Under the pieces are notes generated by a model that did not search any database, was not told the origin of the DNA, and was given only the letters and a program-made list of their open reading frames with translations. A DNA stretch of 64,000 bases from an uncultured archaeon (GTDB lineage Archaea > Thermoproteota > Nitrososphaeria > Nitrososphaerales > Gagatemarchaeaceae), in contig CAWCYD010000003.1 of the NCBI GenBank assembly GCA_963799775.1, positions 1,696,001-1,760,000 on the forward strand. Direction: 5' to 3'. A program made the translations under genes and the position numbers. This document shows, piece by piece, positions 41,994 through 51,049 of this stretch (position 1 is the stretch's first letter; every line of letters begins with the position of its first letter).

Positions 41994-42220
41994 ATGCCTG
42001 ATGCCCGAAGCTTTGGGAAATGGTCTCTGATTGCTGTCGCCCTATTGGGTGTTGGAACGGTTCTGATGCTCTTTGGATTCTTCACTCTCCTAGGGAAGAG
42101 GTTTTGTGGATTAGCGTCATTGTTGTTGTGGCGGGCATCTTCGTGGAGGTTCATCGGATTCACTTTGGCATACTTCGCGTACAGAGCTTCGGTCTCAAAA
42201 GAACGAACTCAGCAGACTAG
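41994..42220 (+). CDS. Small membrane protein (frameshifted; end uncertain)
   Basis: Hydrophobic helices in adjacent frames. Confidence 0.4.
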
Positions 42221-42268
42221 GCCTCGGAGCACAAGCGACGCATGCCCGAGATCTGCAAGCTGCGCTGA
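42219..42268 (+). repeat. nadE 3'-end direct repeat, copy 2 (displaced)
   Basis: Encodes the same ASEHKRRMPEICKLR* with six synonymous differences. Confidence 0.9.
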
Positions 42269-42275
42269 AGCGTCG

Positions 42276-42515
42276 TTAGATCCTGTCTCTCCTTTTTTCC
42301 ATCCGCCTTGCTTCTTCAATCAGTTGGCGCGAGTCTGTGCGGGCGAATAATTTCTTGAGTGATCCTTTCTCTGTCATCGGGTCTGTAATTGGCTTGAGAA
42401 GAATGCCTCCCTCGGCGTCTACGAGCAGGACCCTTCTACCAATCTTGTGCTTCTTCAGGAGCCTGGTTGGAATGGTCGCTTGCCCCTTCTTTGTCACTGC
42501 CGCTATGGTTCGCAT
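42276..42515 (-). CDS. AbrB/MazE/SpoVT-family DNA-binding protein (orphan antitoxin-like)
   Basis: VTKKGQATIP..L.KK..I...VL....GGILLKP. Confidence 0.85.
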   Translation of the reverse strand: MRTIAAVTKKGQATIPTRLLKKHKIGRRVLLVDAEGGILLKPITDPMTEKGSLKKLFARTDSRQLIEEARRMEKRRDRI

Positions 42516-42588
42516 CTGTCCTTCGTTGTAACACAAGTTGCAAAGTAATACTTGAACATTGAGTATCACTCGGGCGTGGGTTCGAGTG

Positions 42589-42647
42589 CTATGGGTGTTT
42601 AATACGCCCAGCACCTACATATTTGGTGTAGCGGCAAACGACAATCG
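42589..42647 (+). repeat. Conserved palindromic element, copy B
   Basis: CTATGGGTGTTTAATACGCCCAGCACCTA...GGTGTAGCGGCAAACG.CAATCG. Confidence 0.9.
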
Positions 42648-42649
42648 GC

Positions 42650-44053
42650 TGTCTCAAGCAGGCTGAGATTCACCAACCCATTGAGTCGACACTTCAAGGC
42701 GGAAGAAGTGGGAGGCCTACGTTCGCGATCCGCAAGGACCTCATTGAAGACGCAATCGGAAAAAGACTGGAGAATGGGAGGGAGTATGAGATACGCGTCC
42801 GAATAGATGGAATCGGAGACTTCAGGGTAAGGCATCTGGAAAGAGGGGCAAGGCGGATCTCCATCAGGGTGCCAAAGGAGGTGAGGTCGAGTGACCTCAG
42901 GTTCGGCGAGAAGCACAGGTTAGAGATTCGCTCGGTGGAGCAACGGAGAGAGTTCCGTGTGGAAAACGCCAAGGCCGCGGGACCCACGGTGAAGATTTCC
43001 CGCGCTTCAATCGAGAGTTGGGGGCTATCCTCGAGGGCGAAGGCGCAAAACGAGAGACGGGTTGTCGACCTGCACTTTAGTAATGTCTCTAGGCCAGAGT
43101 TGGCGACAAAGCGCTTCTTCGCGGTATTCGACCCAAGAAAGGAAGAGCTGAACCTCCGCATTAGGAAGCCCGGAGGTAGAGCAGGCGACGTCATCAGACT
43201 CGAAGAGAAGAAAGAATACACAATCGAAGCCTTCCTTCAAGACTTTACGAAGCGCAGAATCGACGCGCTGAGCAATGTCACGTTACGGACGCAGAACGAG
43301 AGACTCGAAATCAAGGTGGATGGCAGGATCTTTCCGCTCAGCAGGCCTCGGCTGGATGCTCGGGGCCTAAAAGCGATCCTCTCCGCCAGGATTGGGCGAG
43401 AAGGTGTACCGATCAGGTTCACGTTCGATGGGGAGAAGGCGAGAATGACGCTGTTCGACGACTGCCCTGTCATTTGTCTAAGAGAGGAGAATGGCCTAGC
43501 AATCAGGTACGACCGAGGAGGAGGCGCATCGCGAACATTCAGGCTTCTCGATAGATTCACCCGAGAGTTGTTGGATAATCGAGTGAGGTTGGTCGCCGTC
43601 CCAGAAACCGAGCACGGGACGTTCAGTTTGATTGCGGATACTTGGCTAGGCGCGCACGTCAGAGACAGATTCGCGCGATGCAGTGGCTATGTTTTCTTGA
43701 GCCAGAAGGGAGACGTCTCGGAAGAGATCTGCCGTTATGCTCTGACCCTTACGTCGTTCTGGAGGGAGATTGCCGATCATCCTTACAATACCTCTACGGC
43801 AGGAGGTAGCAGACGGACCGGCCCTGACAGCCTTCAGCGGCTCTCGAGTTCTGGAGAGCTCTTCTACTTCGAGTTCAAGTGGTGGAGCGGACAACAGGCG
43901 AGCTCAGACGGAGAAGCTCGAAGACAGGCGGAACATTATCTCAAACGATTTCCGACCTATCAGGGAGAAAAGATAGAAGGCGTCTTTATCGGGCTCCTTG
44001 ATTGGAATGTCAAGAGCGACAAGCTCGAATTTCACGTCGAACGAGCGATTTGA
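42650..44053 (+). CDS. AbrB-like repeats + C-terminal restriction-endonuclease-fold nuclease (frame is open about 75 codons upstream of 42869; start uncertain)
   Basis: KGDVSEEI...GPDSL...YFEFKW motif; GDVIRL...YTIEAFLQDF matches GDVFTI...HTLSDFLDGF of the paralog. Confidence 0.65.
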   Translation, partial: CLKQAEIHQPIESTLQGGRSGRPTFAIRKDLIEDAIGKRLENGREYEIRVRIDGIGDFRVRHLERGARRISIRVPKEVRSSDLRFGEKHRLEIRSVEQRREFRVENAKAAGPTVKISRASIESWGLSSRAKAQNERRVVDLHFSNVSRPELATKRFFAVFDPRKEELNLRIRKPGGRAGDVIRLEEKKEYTIEAFLQDFTKRRIDALSNVTLRTQNERLEIKVDGRIFPLSRPRLDARGLKAILSARIGREGVPIRFTFDGEKARMTLFDDCPVICLREENGLAIRYDRGGGASRTFRLLDRFTRELLDNRVRLVAVPETEHGTFSLIADTWLGAHVRDRFARCSGYVFLSQKGDVSEEICRYALTLTSFWREIADHPYNTSTAGGSRRTGPDSLQRLSSSGELFYFEFKWWSGQQASSDGEARRQAEHYLKRFPTYQGEKIEGVFIGLLDWNVKSDKLEFHVERAI

Positions 44054-44069
44054 CTTTGTGAATTGTGAA

Positions 44070-44161
44070 TGGACCGGAAGGGATTTGAACCCTTGACCTA
44101 AGGGAGTTTTTAGCTCTCTCCTGCGTGCGAGGCAGGCATTCTACCACTGAACTACCGGCCC
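44070..44161 (-). tRNA. tRNA-Ala(CGC) with a 20-nt non-canonical intron at about 45/46 (44098-44117)
   Basis: GGGCCGG/CCGGTCC acceptor with G3:U70, CCTGC-CTCGCAC-GCAGG anticodon arm, relaxed BHB motif. Confidence 0.9.
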
Positions 44162-44315
44162 ACCAATTGGAGCCATAAAGCCCCCGTTATTAAGAGCCTA
44201 GTCCTTCAGGTGCTGTCCAGGCTTCGTTTGGTCTAGCGTGAGATGCACTCGGTACCAAACCACAACTCGACAGTGCCACAGTTTGAGTTGAATTATAGGC
44301 GACCATCAGTCTATT

Positions 44316-44340
44316 TGGTGCGGGTGGCGGGAATTGAACG
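44316..44340 (-). other. tRNA-Leu-like 3' fragment (possible att remnant)
   Basis: Reverse complement GTTCAATTCCCGCCACCCGCACCA ending in CCA; rest of the tRNA absent. Confidence 0.55.
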
Positions 44341-44655
44341 CACGAACCCATCCTCGTCGATTTTACTCGACTCTGAGGGAGCGGATATCCCACTCACTCA
44401 GCGATGCCAGCCAGATCTTGGGTCTCAGCGCGGAAGCAGCAGGCTGGGCGACGTCCGCAAGAGCCGAGCCCCGAGCCCCGAGCGCGGTCAAAAAGCCTTT
44501 CGTCGATGTCACTCATGGGTGACTGAACCGAATCTAAAAACTCTATTTTGACTGAACTCACGCTAGCAATCTGTTGGTTATTACACAATTTTGTCATAAC
44601 ATGATTCGTGGAAATGCTATATAGCTCCAATCGCTTCTAGGACTGAGCTTGCTCC

Positions 44656-45003
44656 TTGCCCGATGACGTCGAAGAATCGCCTACGATATTGCTGCGGGTT
44701 GCTCTGCGAAGCCGAGTTCGAAGGCTAGTTCTCTTGACCCTGATGAAACATGAGGACGGGCTTCCAATTTCAGAAATTGCCCGTCAGTCTGGCCTCAGTC
44801 CAACACAAGTTGTAGGCGCTCTGAGAGGCATCAAAGGTAGCTACGATCCTGAGTACTCTCTGCTGAAACTTCACCTAGTCAAAGAAAGAGAATCGAGGAA
44901 TCCCGGAAAGAGGCGGCAGAAAATCTACGAATTCAACTCGAAAAATCTGGTTAGCAGCATTGAGAGAGTAATGGAACGATACAGACAGGCTGGTGAAGGC
45001 TAG
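44656..45003 (+). CDS. Winged-helix regulator, EarA/DUF1495-like
   Basis: RSRVRR.VL..L...ISEIAR......V.GALRG...Y....SL..L.LV. Confidence 0.75.
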   Translation: MPDDVEESPTILLRVALRSRVRRLVLLTLMKHEDGLPISEIARQSGLSPTQVVGALRGIKGSYDPEYSLLKLHLVKERESRNPGKRRQKIYEFNSKNLVSSIERVMERYRQAGEG

Positions 45004-45127
45004 CCGTTGCAATCGAATGATTGTAGGTGTTTCAAAATAGAACGATATTCTATACAACTGAATATACGGCTGTGTCAACAACCGCAAGTCTCGCTTATAG
45101 AGTAACATTCTCTATGAATTTCAATGT

Positions 45128-46390
45128 GTGATCTTGAAATACGCCAACGTTCTCAGACATGAGTACTTCAGCATACCTCTGCTCTTTCTATTAGTGGTCT
45201 CTCCGGTTGGGCTGGTTGCTTCGGCGGAAGCAACCGCCACGCAGGCGGCCTGCGCTCAATCGGTTGTCGCCGCAAAGACCACATCCACACCCGTGCCTTA
45301 CAGTTACGATAGTGCAATCTCCTTGGCCGCGACATCTTCCGCATTTCTTGGTTCAATCTCAGGGTACAACGCATCCTTTTCATCCATTGGAACTAACTGG
45401 CGTGAGTCGCCCACCTGCAGCGTATCTTTCATTTACTTTTCGATCACCTACCTACTAAACGCCAGAAACGATTCACAGTACCTCCTAACACTGGGAGCCA
45501 ATCCAGGCACGGGAATTGTATTCTCTGCTGGAATCACACCTGCCGCATATCATTCACTTCCAATAAACCAGACTTCGTCAACTTACTCGGGCTACGCGAT
45601 AGCACAAGACAGCTCGTATGACCCATATGTCAATTATACACAGGTGGGCTGGTGGGTTCCCACTGTACACGCCCCCTCGGGGAACTGTGGGACTGGATCC
45701 GGCAATCCCCCAGGCTGCGAATTGGCCGAATGGACGGGGTTGCAAAATAGTACCTACGATGGAACGAATCATGTTACTACCGGCGAAGTGATTCAAACTG
45801 GTACTGATGCAGAATGCAACAGTACCTGTACATCTGGAAACTACAATGGATGGGCGGAATACTTGAACGGTAATTCGGCCGGAATACAGCAAAATCTCAT
45901 GCACACATGCGCAAATACCATCGCTGCTGGCGATGAGATGTACGGAGAGGTAGCGAACCAGAAAATCATAAATGGCACAACAGGAAAGACATTCTACACA
46001 TATCTCGAGGATTATAGGACATCCACATGGTGTGATTGGCACGTGTCACCATCAACATCATGTGGTTCCTCGAATTGCAAGATTGCCGGCAATGAGAAAT
46101 TTGCCGACTATTTCGCCGAAACCCCACAGATATCGAGTACTTTGAGTTACGAACTACCAAAGTTTAGAGCACCATCTGGAGACGACTTGTTCTTCGGGGC
46201 GGGGATGTACGCCTACAACACGGGAACATATACGTATTACAATGACGGTTACTGGCTGTACTCGTATATGAAGAACTGCGGCCTTCAATGCATACAAAAC
46301 ACATACGTGACTGCGATGAGTAGTAGTGGCTCCCCTCTGTATCAAGCAAGCTTCAACGAAACTTGGAAGAGCAGCCAGAACACGGGGTGA
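45128..46390 (+). CDS. Secreted G1 (peptidase A4, eqolisin-like) glutamic peptidase
   Basis: Signal peptide, YSGY, W.VP, WTGL, IQTGT (catalytic Q), AGDEM, FAETP (catalytic E), LPKF. Confidence 0.75.
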   Translation: MILKYANVLRHEYFSIPLLFLLVVSPVGLVASAEATATQAACAQSVVAAKTTSTPVPYSYDSAISLAATSSAFLGSISGYNASFSSIGTNWRESPTCSVSFIYFSITYLLNARNDSQYLLTLGANPGTGIVFSAGITPAAYHSLPINQTSSTYSGYAIAQDSSYDPYVNYTQVGWWVPTVHAPSGNCGTGSGNPPGCELAEWTGLQNSTYDGTNHVTTGEVIQTGTDAECNSTCTSGNYNGWAEYLNGNSAGIQQNLMHTCANTIAAGDEMYGEVANQKIINGTTGKTFYTYLEDYRTSTWCDWHVSPSTSCGSSNCKIAGNEKFADYFAETPQISSTLSYELPKFRAPSGDDLFFGAGMYAYNTGTYTYYNDGYWLYSYMKNCGLQCIQNTYVTAMSSSGSPLYQASFNETWKSSQNTG

Positions 46391-46517
46391 AACTCCGCGG
46401 TGGGTGCAAAGAGCGGTTGAAGATGGAACCTCGTACTATGACCCACCGGCGGAGCAAGAATCCACAAGCGTAATATTTCACCTCGCAATCTTGATTTAAG
46501 GAGCGATTCCTTCGACG

Positions 46518-47114
46518 ATGCTAGGAAGGTCCAAGCGCCGCACGAGTGTAGTGTTCGCGATAGGCTGCCTTGTTGGAGTCAGCATTCTCTTACTTCTGGA
46601 ATTGATAACATCCCTGATTCCCCTAGGGACTAGGACTACAACGCTAACCCTAACAATGGTACCGCCAACCATGGCCGTAGAACTAGTCAACGACAGCTAC
46701 TCACGTCACATTGTTTCGTTCGAGTCTGGAAACGCCTCGAATGTCATTTCCCAGTATTCGCAAAATGCGACCGTGAAATGGAGTGGAAGAGCATTCTGCC
46801 TCAACGGGATATATGTTGGCCAGAGCTATATCAAGCTCTTCTTTCAGAGTTTTCTTGATCAGACCGCTCCATTTCCAATTATCAGAAACACAAGCACGGC
46901 CATCATGCGCGAAGACAACGGGTCGGTGATTGTAAGTTCTTCTTTCACCTTCTCTTCAAATGGGTCACCAACATATGGAATGATCAACGGCACAGTTCAA
47001 GCTCAAGAGCTGTACGCATACTCCTCGACGGCCGAATCTTGGTTGATTTCTCATGAGACGTGGAATATTACTGAATTCTATTCGCAATATCCACTTTGCG
47101 GCCTGGCAGGATAG
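46518..47114 (+). CDS. Membrane-anchored NTF2/SnoaL-like protein
   Basis: N-terminal TM, Y..NATV.W.G....G.Y.G...I, WLISHETW. Confidence 0.65.
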   Translation: MLGRSKRRTSVVFAIGCLVGVSILLLLELITSLIPLGTRTTTLTLTMVPPTMAVELVNDSYSRHIVSFESGNASNVISQYSQNATVKWSGRAFCLNGIYVGQSYIKLFFQSFLDQTAPFPIIRNTSTAIMREDNGSVIVSSSFTFSSNGSPTYGMINGTVQAQELYAYSSTAESWLISHETWNITEFYSQYPLCGLAG

Positions 47115-47509
47115 AATCTAGAAGCAATCTAGACACTCGCGCCAGCCCTCGTCAAACGGATTCACATTGTACAAGACTCGAATTTCGGCTTTCGTGATAA
47201 ATTCGGCTCGTCTTTTCGTGCCTTCCTCGCTTCCTCGCCAGGCAGTAACACAACTTTGACGGTGACTCTGACTCATTCTGGGCAGTTCGAGAGCTGGGTT
47301 GTTTGGCTCTACATTAATAGAACAACATGAGTTCACCAAGGTCAGTTGGCTAGTGCAATTGGGTTGAAGGAGTGCACTGTGCGGGAAGACTGAATCAGGA
47401 TGAGGAAAGCAATCTACAGGACAGTCTAAATTCGACTCAAAATCGGTGCATGGACAAAGGTATAGCCCCAGAATATTTAAGGGCTTATGGCGGACGATTT
47501 CGTAAATTC

Positions 47510-47645
47510 CTCCGAGCCGGGATGGACTAACAAGATAAAGGACGAAATCCGGTGCCGGTCGACCGTCTGTTTTCGGACGATTCGATCACAGCCCCGGCCG
47601 GCAGCTTCAGCTGACTTGTTGAACTTCGGCAATCGCTCCCTCGGC
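47510..47645 (+). ncRNA. Candidate structured RNA downstream of a TATA-like box
   Basis: Nested stems (see findings); ATATTTAA at about 47473. Confidence 0.4.
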
Positions 47646-47835
47646 AGTTTATGAGCGGCCTGCTAATCTTTGCCCTATCCAAGTATTTTAGAGGTAAACG
47701 TATGCGAGATGTCACGTGGACAGGACAGGATTTTTCGTATCTCATGGCGTACTCGTCTACAATCGGTCACGGGAACCCGAGACTATCGTCTTTTCAGTCG
47801 ACTTCCTTATCTTGCTCTTACTCTCGGGTTGAATC

Positions 47836-48388
47836 TTACGTGATGACACAGTCGTTGGGACCCCTCGGTACGAGATTGACGACCACGCTTCCTTGCGAGA
47901 TTACGTATTCAGCGTAAATGGTCCCGTGGGCCGTGCCGTCGCCGGGGTTCCACGCTCCGAACATGAAGAAGACACCGGTGGCGTTCCAGTTCACCGGGAC
48001 CCACCACGGGTTCTGTTGTCCGCCTATGTCGCTTAGGACTGTGTAACCCGGAACGAAAGGCCCCCAAGCTAGCATCCCCCACGTGTAGCCTGAGACGGTG
48101 GTCCTGAACTGCGGACTGGAGATGACGGCAAGATATGTGGCGTTGAGCTGCTGACCCGACATGTTCAGGCCTTGGATGGACCTGGGTGTAGCTGAGCCTC
48201 ATGTTGTTCAGAGGTTGCAGAACTATGACGTCAAGGTCGGAGGTAGTTGTACTAGTGACGGTGTTAGTAGTCAAATTGGTAATCGTGCTCGTAGTTATCC
48301 TGGCTGGTAGGGCTGACCCGATGAAGAAGGACGCCGCGATTAAGACGACGATAACTGAAATCCAAATCGCCCTTCTTGCTGAAAGCAT
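47836..48388 (-). CDS. Membrane-anchored secreted protein (frameshift near 48170)
   Basis: N-terminal TM, Thr-rich linker, continuing in the second frame. Confidence 0.6.
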
Positions 48389-48485
48389 ATTTTCTAGACC
48401 TCTTACCGAGGTTTCCCAAACTCAAGTTGCATTCTGACTACGGTCAGCAATCGTAGCGGCTGGTTATTAAAACAGCGAAAGCGAA

Positions 48486-48987
48486 TCAGTTGGCAGGCCT
48501 AGGCTTCCGAGACAGCTTGGTGCCGCAGACCCCGCAGACAGACCTCTTCGTGTCGAGATACTCCTTGCCGCACCCCTTGCAATAGGTCACCCAGGTTATC
48601 CTCTTCCACTCGCCGCGAATCGCCGTCTCGGAGAGGCTTATCCCGATGACCTCGGCGACGTTCCGCACCGCAAAGTCGTCCGTCACGAGTATCACGTCCT
48701 CGCCGCGCTTGGACTGCACGAGGTCGAGCGTGACCGCGAGGATCGACGTGTCGGCCTCTGAGAGCGATTTCTTGTCGCCGGTTTTGCTTGAGGCCTCCTT
48801 CACGCGCTGGATGGACTCCTTCGAGGGCTCTGTGACCTGGACCCTGGAGTGGATGAGCTGAGCGCCTATCCCGCGGCCCCTTACCTCGTCGATGGACCTG
48901 GTAGGTCGTGTAGTATTTTCCTTCCCCCTGGAACGGGATGCCCGCGTAAAAGGCAGTCGAATCCAGGACGTGAATCTTTCCATTCAA
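48486..48987 (-). CDS. nob1: NOB1 PIN-domain rRNA endonuclease (frameshift near 48895)
   Basis: VLDSTAF, LSEADTSILA, VTDDFAVRNVA, CKGC..CGVCG. Confidence 0.9.
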
Positions 48988-49253
48988 AAGCTTGCTTTCA
49001 CTGTCAAAGTCAGGCAGACTAGGCTCGCATCTGCGCCGTCAGATCGCGCTCGCTGGCGACGTTCCGCTCAGCTGGATTCCGGAGTACCCTTGCAATCGCA
49101 TTCCTACCCTTTTCATCGTCTAATAAATAATCTGTGAAGCGGTCATCTATCATTCTAAGCATGACGCGATAAGACGTCCGGGCGCGTTCCGAGCCTCCTT
49201 TGACCCGCCAAGGCTTTAATTACCGAGTCGGGAAAGTCGTGGGAAGGGCGCTT

Positions 49254-49654
49254 TTGAGCAGACCAGCAGACCTCGGCAGCTTGAAGGAAGGGAGCTACAT
49301 CATCATCGACGGCGAGCCTTGCAAGGTGGTCGAGGTGGAGAAGAGCAAGCCAGGGAAGCACGGGAGCGCGAAGGTCAGGCTCACGGGGATAGCGATATTC
49401 ACCGGCTCCAAGAAGACCGTCATCGGGACGGTCGACACGCACATCGAAATCCCGATGATTGACAAGAGGTCCGCGCAGGTGATCTCTGCGACACCGACGA
49501 GCGTCCAGCTGATGGACCTGGGTCATTCGAGGTCACTGAGAGCCAGAACCCCACGGAGCCGGAGTTGCAGGGGAAGCTCCAGCCGGGCGTGGAGGTCGAG
49601 GTCTGGGTCGTCCTCGGGCGCAGCAAGATAATGCGCATAAAGGGCTCCGGCTAG
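49254..49654 (+). CDS. eif5a: Translation factor eIF-5A (frameshift near 49520)
   Basis: KSKPGKHGSAK hypusine motif, QLMDL, EVW.VLG..KIMR. Confidence 0.95.
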
Positions 49655-49681
49655 ACAATCAGCAGCTTGCATAACCACTAA

Positions 49682-51049
49682 GGTTCTGCTATGTTGCCTG
49701 AACACGCGTATGGGCAGATAAATAGTCATTCAACCCTCAATATTGATTGGCGCTCCTAGCGAGAAAATCGGTCAAACAGACGCTGTCTTCCGGGCCAAAT
49801 CCCTCTAGTCGGCTGCTCTCCCTCATGGAAGACTTCCGTCAGATGACCAACGACTGCATCCGAATCGGCCTAGATTACGAGAGCAAGAATAGAGGAGGAA
49901 CGGTGTCGATGAACAGACTCTCTGCTCTAGCTTATCAAGAACTTAGGACTCGATACGGAGGATACTCGCAATATGCACTGTGCGCTATATCCAAGGCGGC
50001 AGGTATCTTGTCAGCAAGGCGAAAATCGATCAAGAGAGGGATCAAGACAAAGAAGCCCTATCTCTCGAAGCCAGTCCTCGTCTCGTGCTATGGGTTCAAA
50101 GTCGACATCGATGCCGGTACACTCACAATCCATCTCGATGCACATATGACAGAGACAATCCAACTCAATTCGCACACCAAGATGGTCCTGCGTTCGGCGA
50201 AAGAACCATCATTGCCCGTGATTATCAGGTCATTCACACTCACACCAGAGTCATTGTCTCTCTGCATCTGCAAAAAAGTGGATGAAATAGAGGCAACAGG
50301 CACAATCGGGGTCGACAGGAACCTCAGGAACATCGCGGTCGGGAATGAAGAATCTGTGACCCTTTATGACGTGTCAAAAATAGTCGAGATAGGGGAGAAC
50401 ACGAGTAGCATCGTCGGCTCGTTCAAGAGGGATGATGATAGAATCAGAAAGAAGATTGAATCGAAGTACGGGAAGAGAAGGAAGGAGAGGGTTGATCAGA
50501 TGCTCAACAGGGTTTCGAAGAAAATAGTTTTGGAAGCCAAGGAAAAGAAGCAAGCGATCGTCTTCGAGGACATCAAAGGGATTAGGAAGCTTTACGGGAA
50601 AGGGAACAGCCAGAGCAAATCGTTCAGGTACAGGATGAATTCCTCTTTTCCTTACGGCGAGTTCGAGCGCGAAGCAAAGTACAAGGCACTATGGGAAGAG
50701 GTGCCTGTGTTCACTCTGACGAAGAGCGAGACGAGAGGCACGACCCTGGATTGTCCACGATGCGGGGAGAGACTCCAAGTGGCATCGAGGTGGGATGAAA
50801 AGCATCACAGGCAGTTGTGGTGCCCAAAATGTAAGAGATGGGCAGACAGGGATGTGATCGCTGTCCTGAACATCTCGCATAGGGGGCTGCTGAGGTTCCG
50901 CAGTTCAAAAGGCGAGGTAGGTGAAGCAGTGAATGGGAATCCGCGGAAGGAATGGAGTTCGCAAGAACCGGTAATCCTACGAGTCGATGCCTCGAAGCTA
51001 GGTATGAAAGGACGTGCCCCGAAACATGTCCAGACAACTTGACAGAACC
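49682..51049 (+). mobile_element. Non-autonomous element carrying only tnpB, with imperfect 35-bp TIRs (GGTTCTG...) and a degenerate 8-bp TSD
   Basis: TIRs 49682-49716 and 51015-51049 (25/35); flanks ACCACTAA / ACTATTAA. Confidence 0.75.
49747..51042 (+). CDS. tnpB: TnpB RNA-guided nuclease
   Basis: RuvC motifs GVDRN, VFEDI, DRDVIAVLNI; zinc finger CPRCG..CPKC. Confidence 0.93.
   Translation: MALLARKSVKQTLSSGPNPSSRLLSLMEDFRQMTNDCIRIGLDYESKNRGGTVSMNRLSALAYQELRTRYGGYSQYALCAISKAAGILSARRKSIKRGIKTKKPYLSKPVLVSCYGFKVDIDAGTLTIHLDAHMTETIQLNSHTKMVLRSAKEPSLPVIIRSFTLTPESLSLCICKKVDEIEATGTIGVDRNLRNIAVGNEESVTLYDVSKIVEIGENTSSIVGSFKRDDDRIRKKIESKYGKRRKERVDQMLNRVSKKIVLEAKEKKQAIVFEDIKGIRKLYGKGNSQSKSFRYRMNSSFPYGEFEREAKYKALWEEVPVFTLTKSETRGTTLDCPRCGERLQVASRWDEKHHRQLWCPKCKRWADRDVIAVLNISHRGLLRFRSSKGEVGEAVNGNPRKEWSSQEPVILRVDASKLGMKGRAPKHVQTT

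Noticed and set aside
35014-42647. Canonical casposon
   Set aside because: No family B polymerase and no target-site duplication were found, and the interior contains host-like pncB/nadE.
44461-44485. GAGCCCC short tandem repeat
   Set aside because: About three short units only; uninformative.
47523-47550. Hammerhead ribozyme (GAAA core)
   Set aside because: The required CUGANGA motif is missing.
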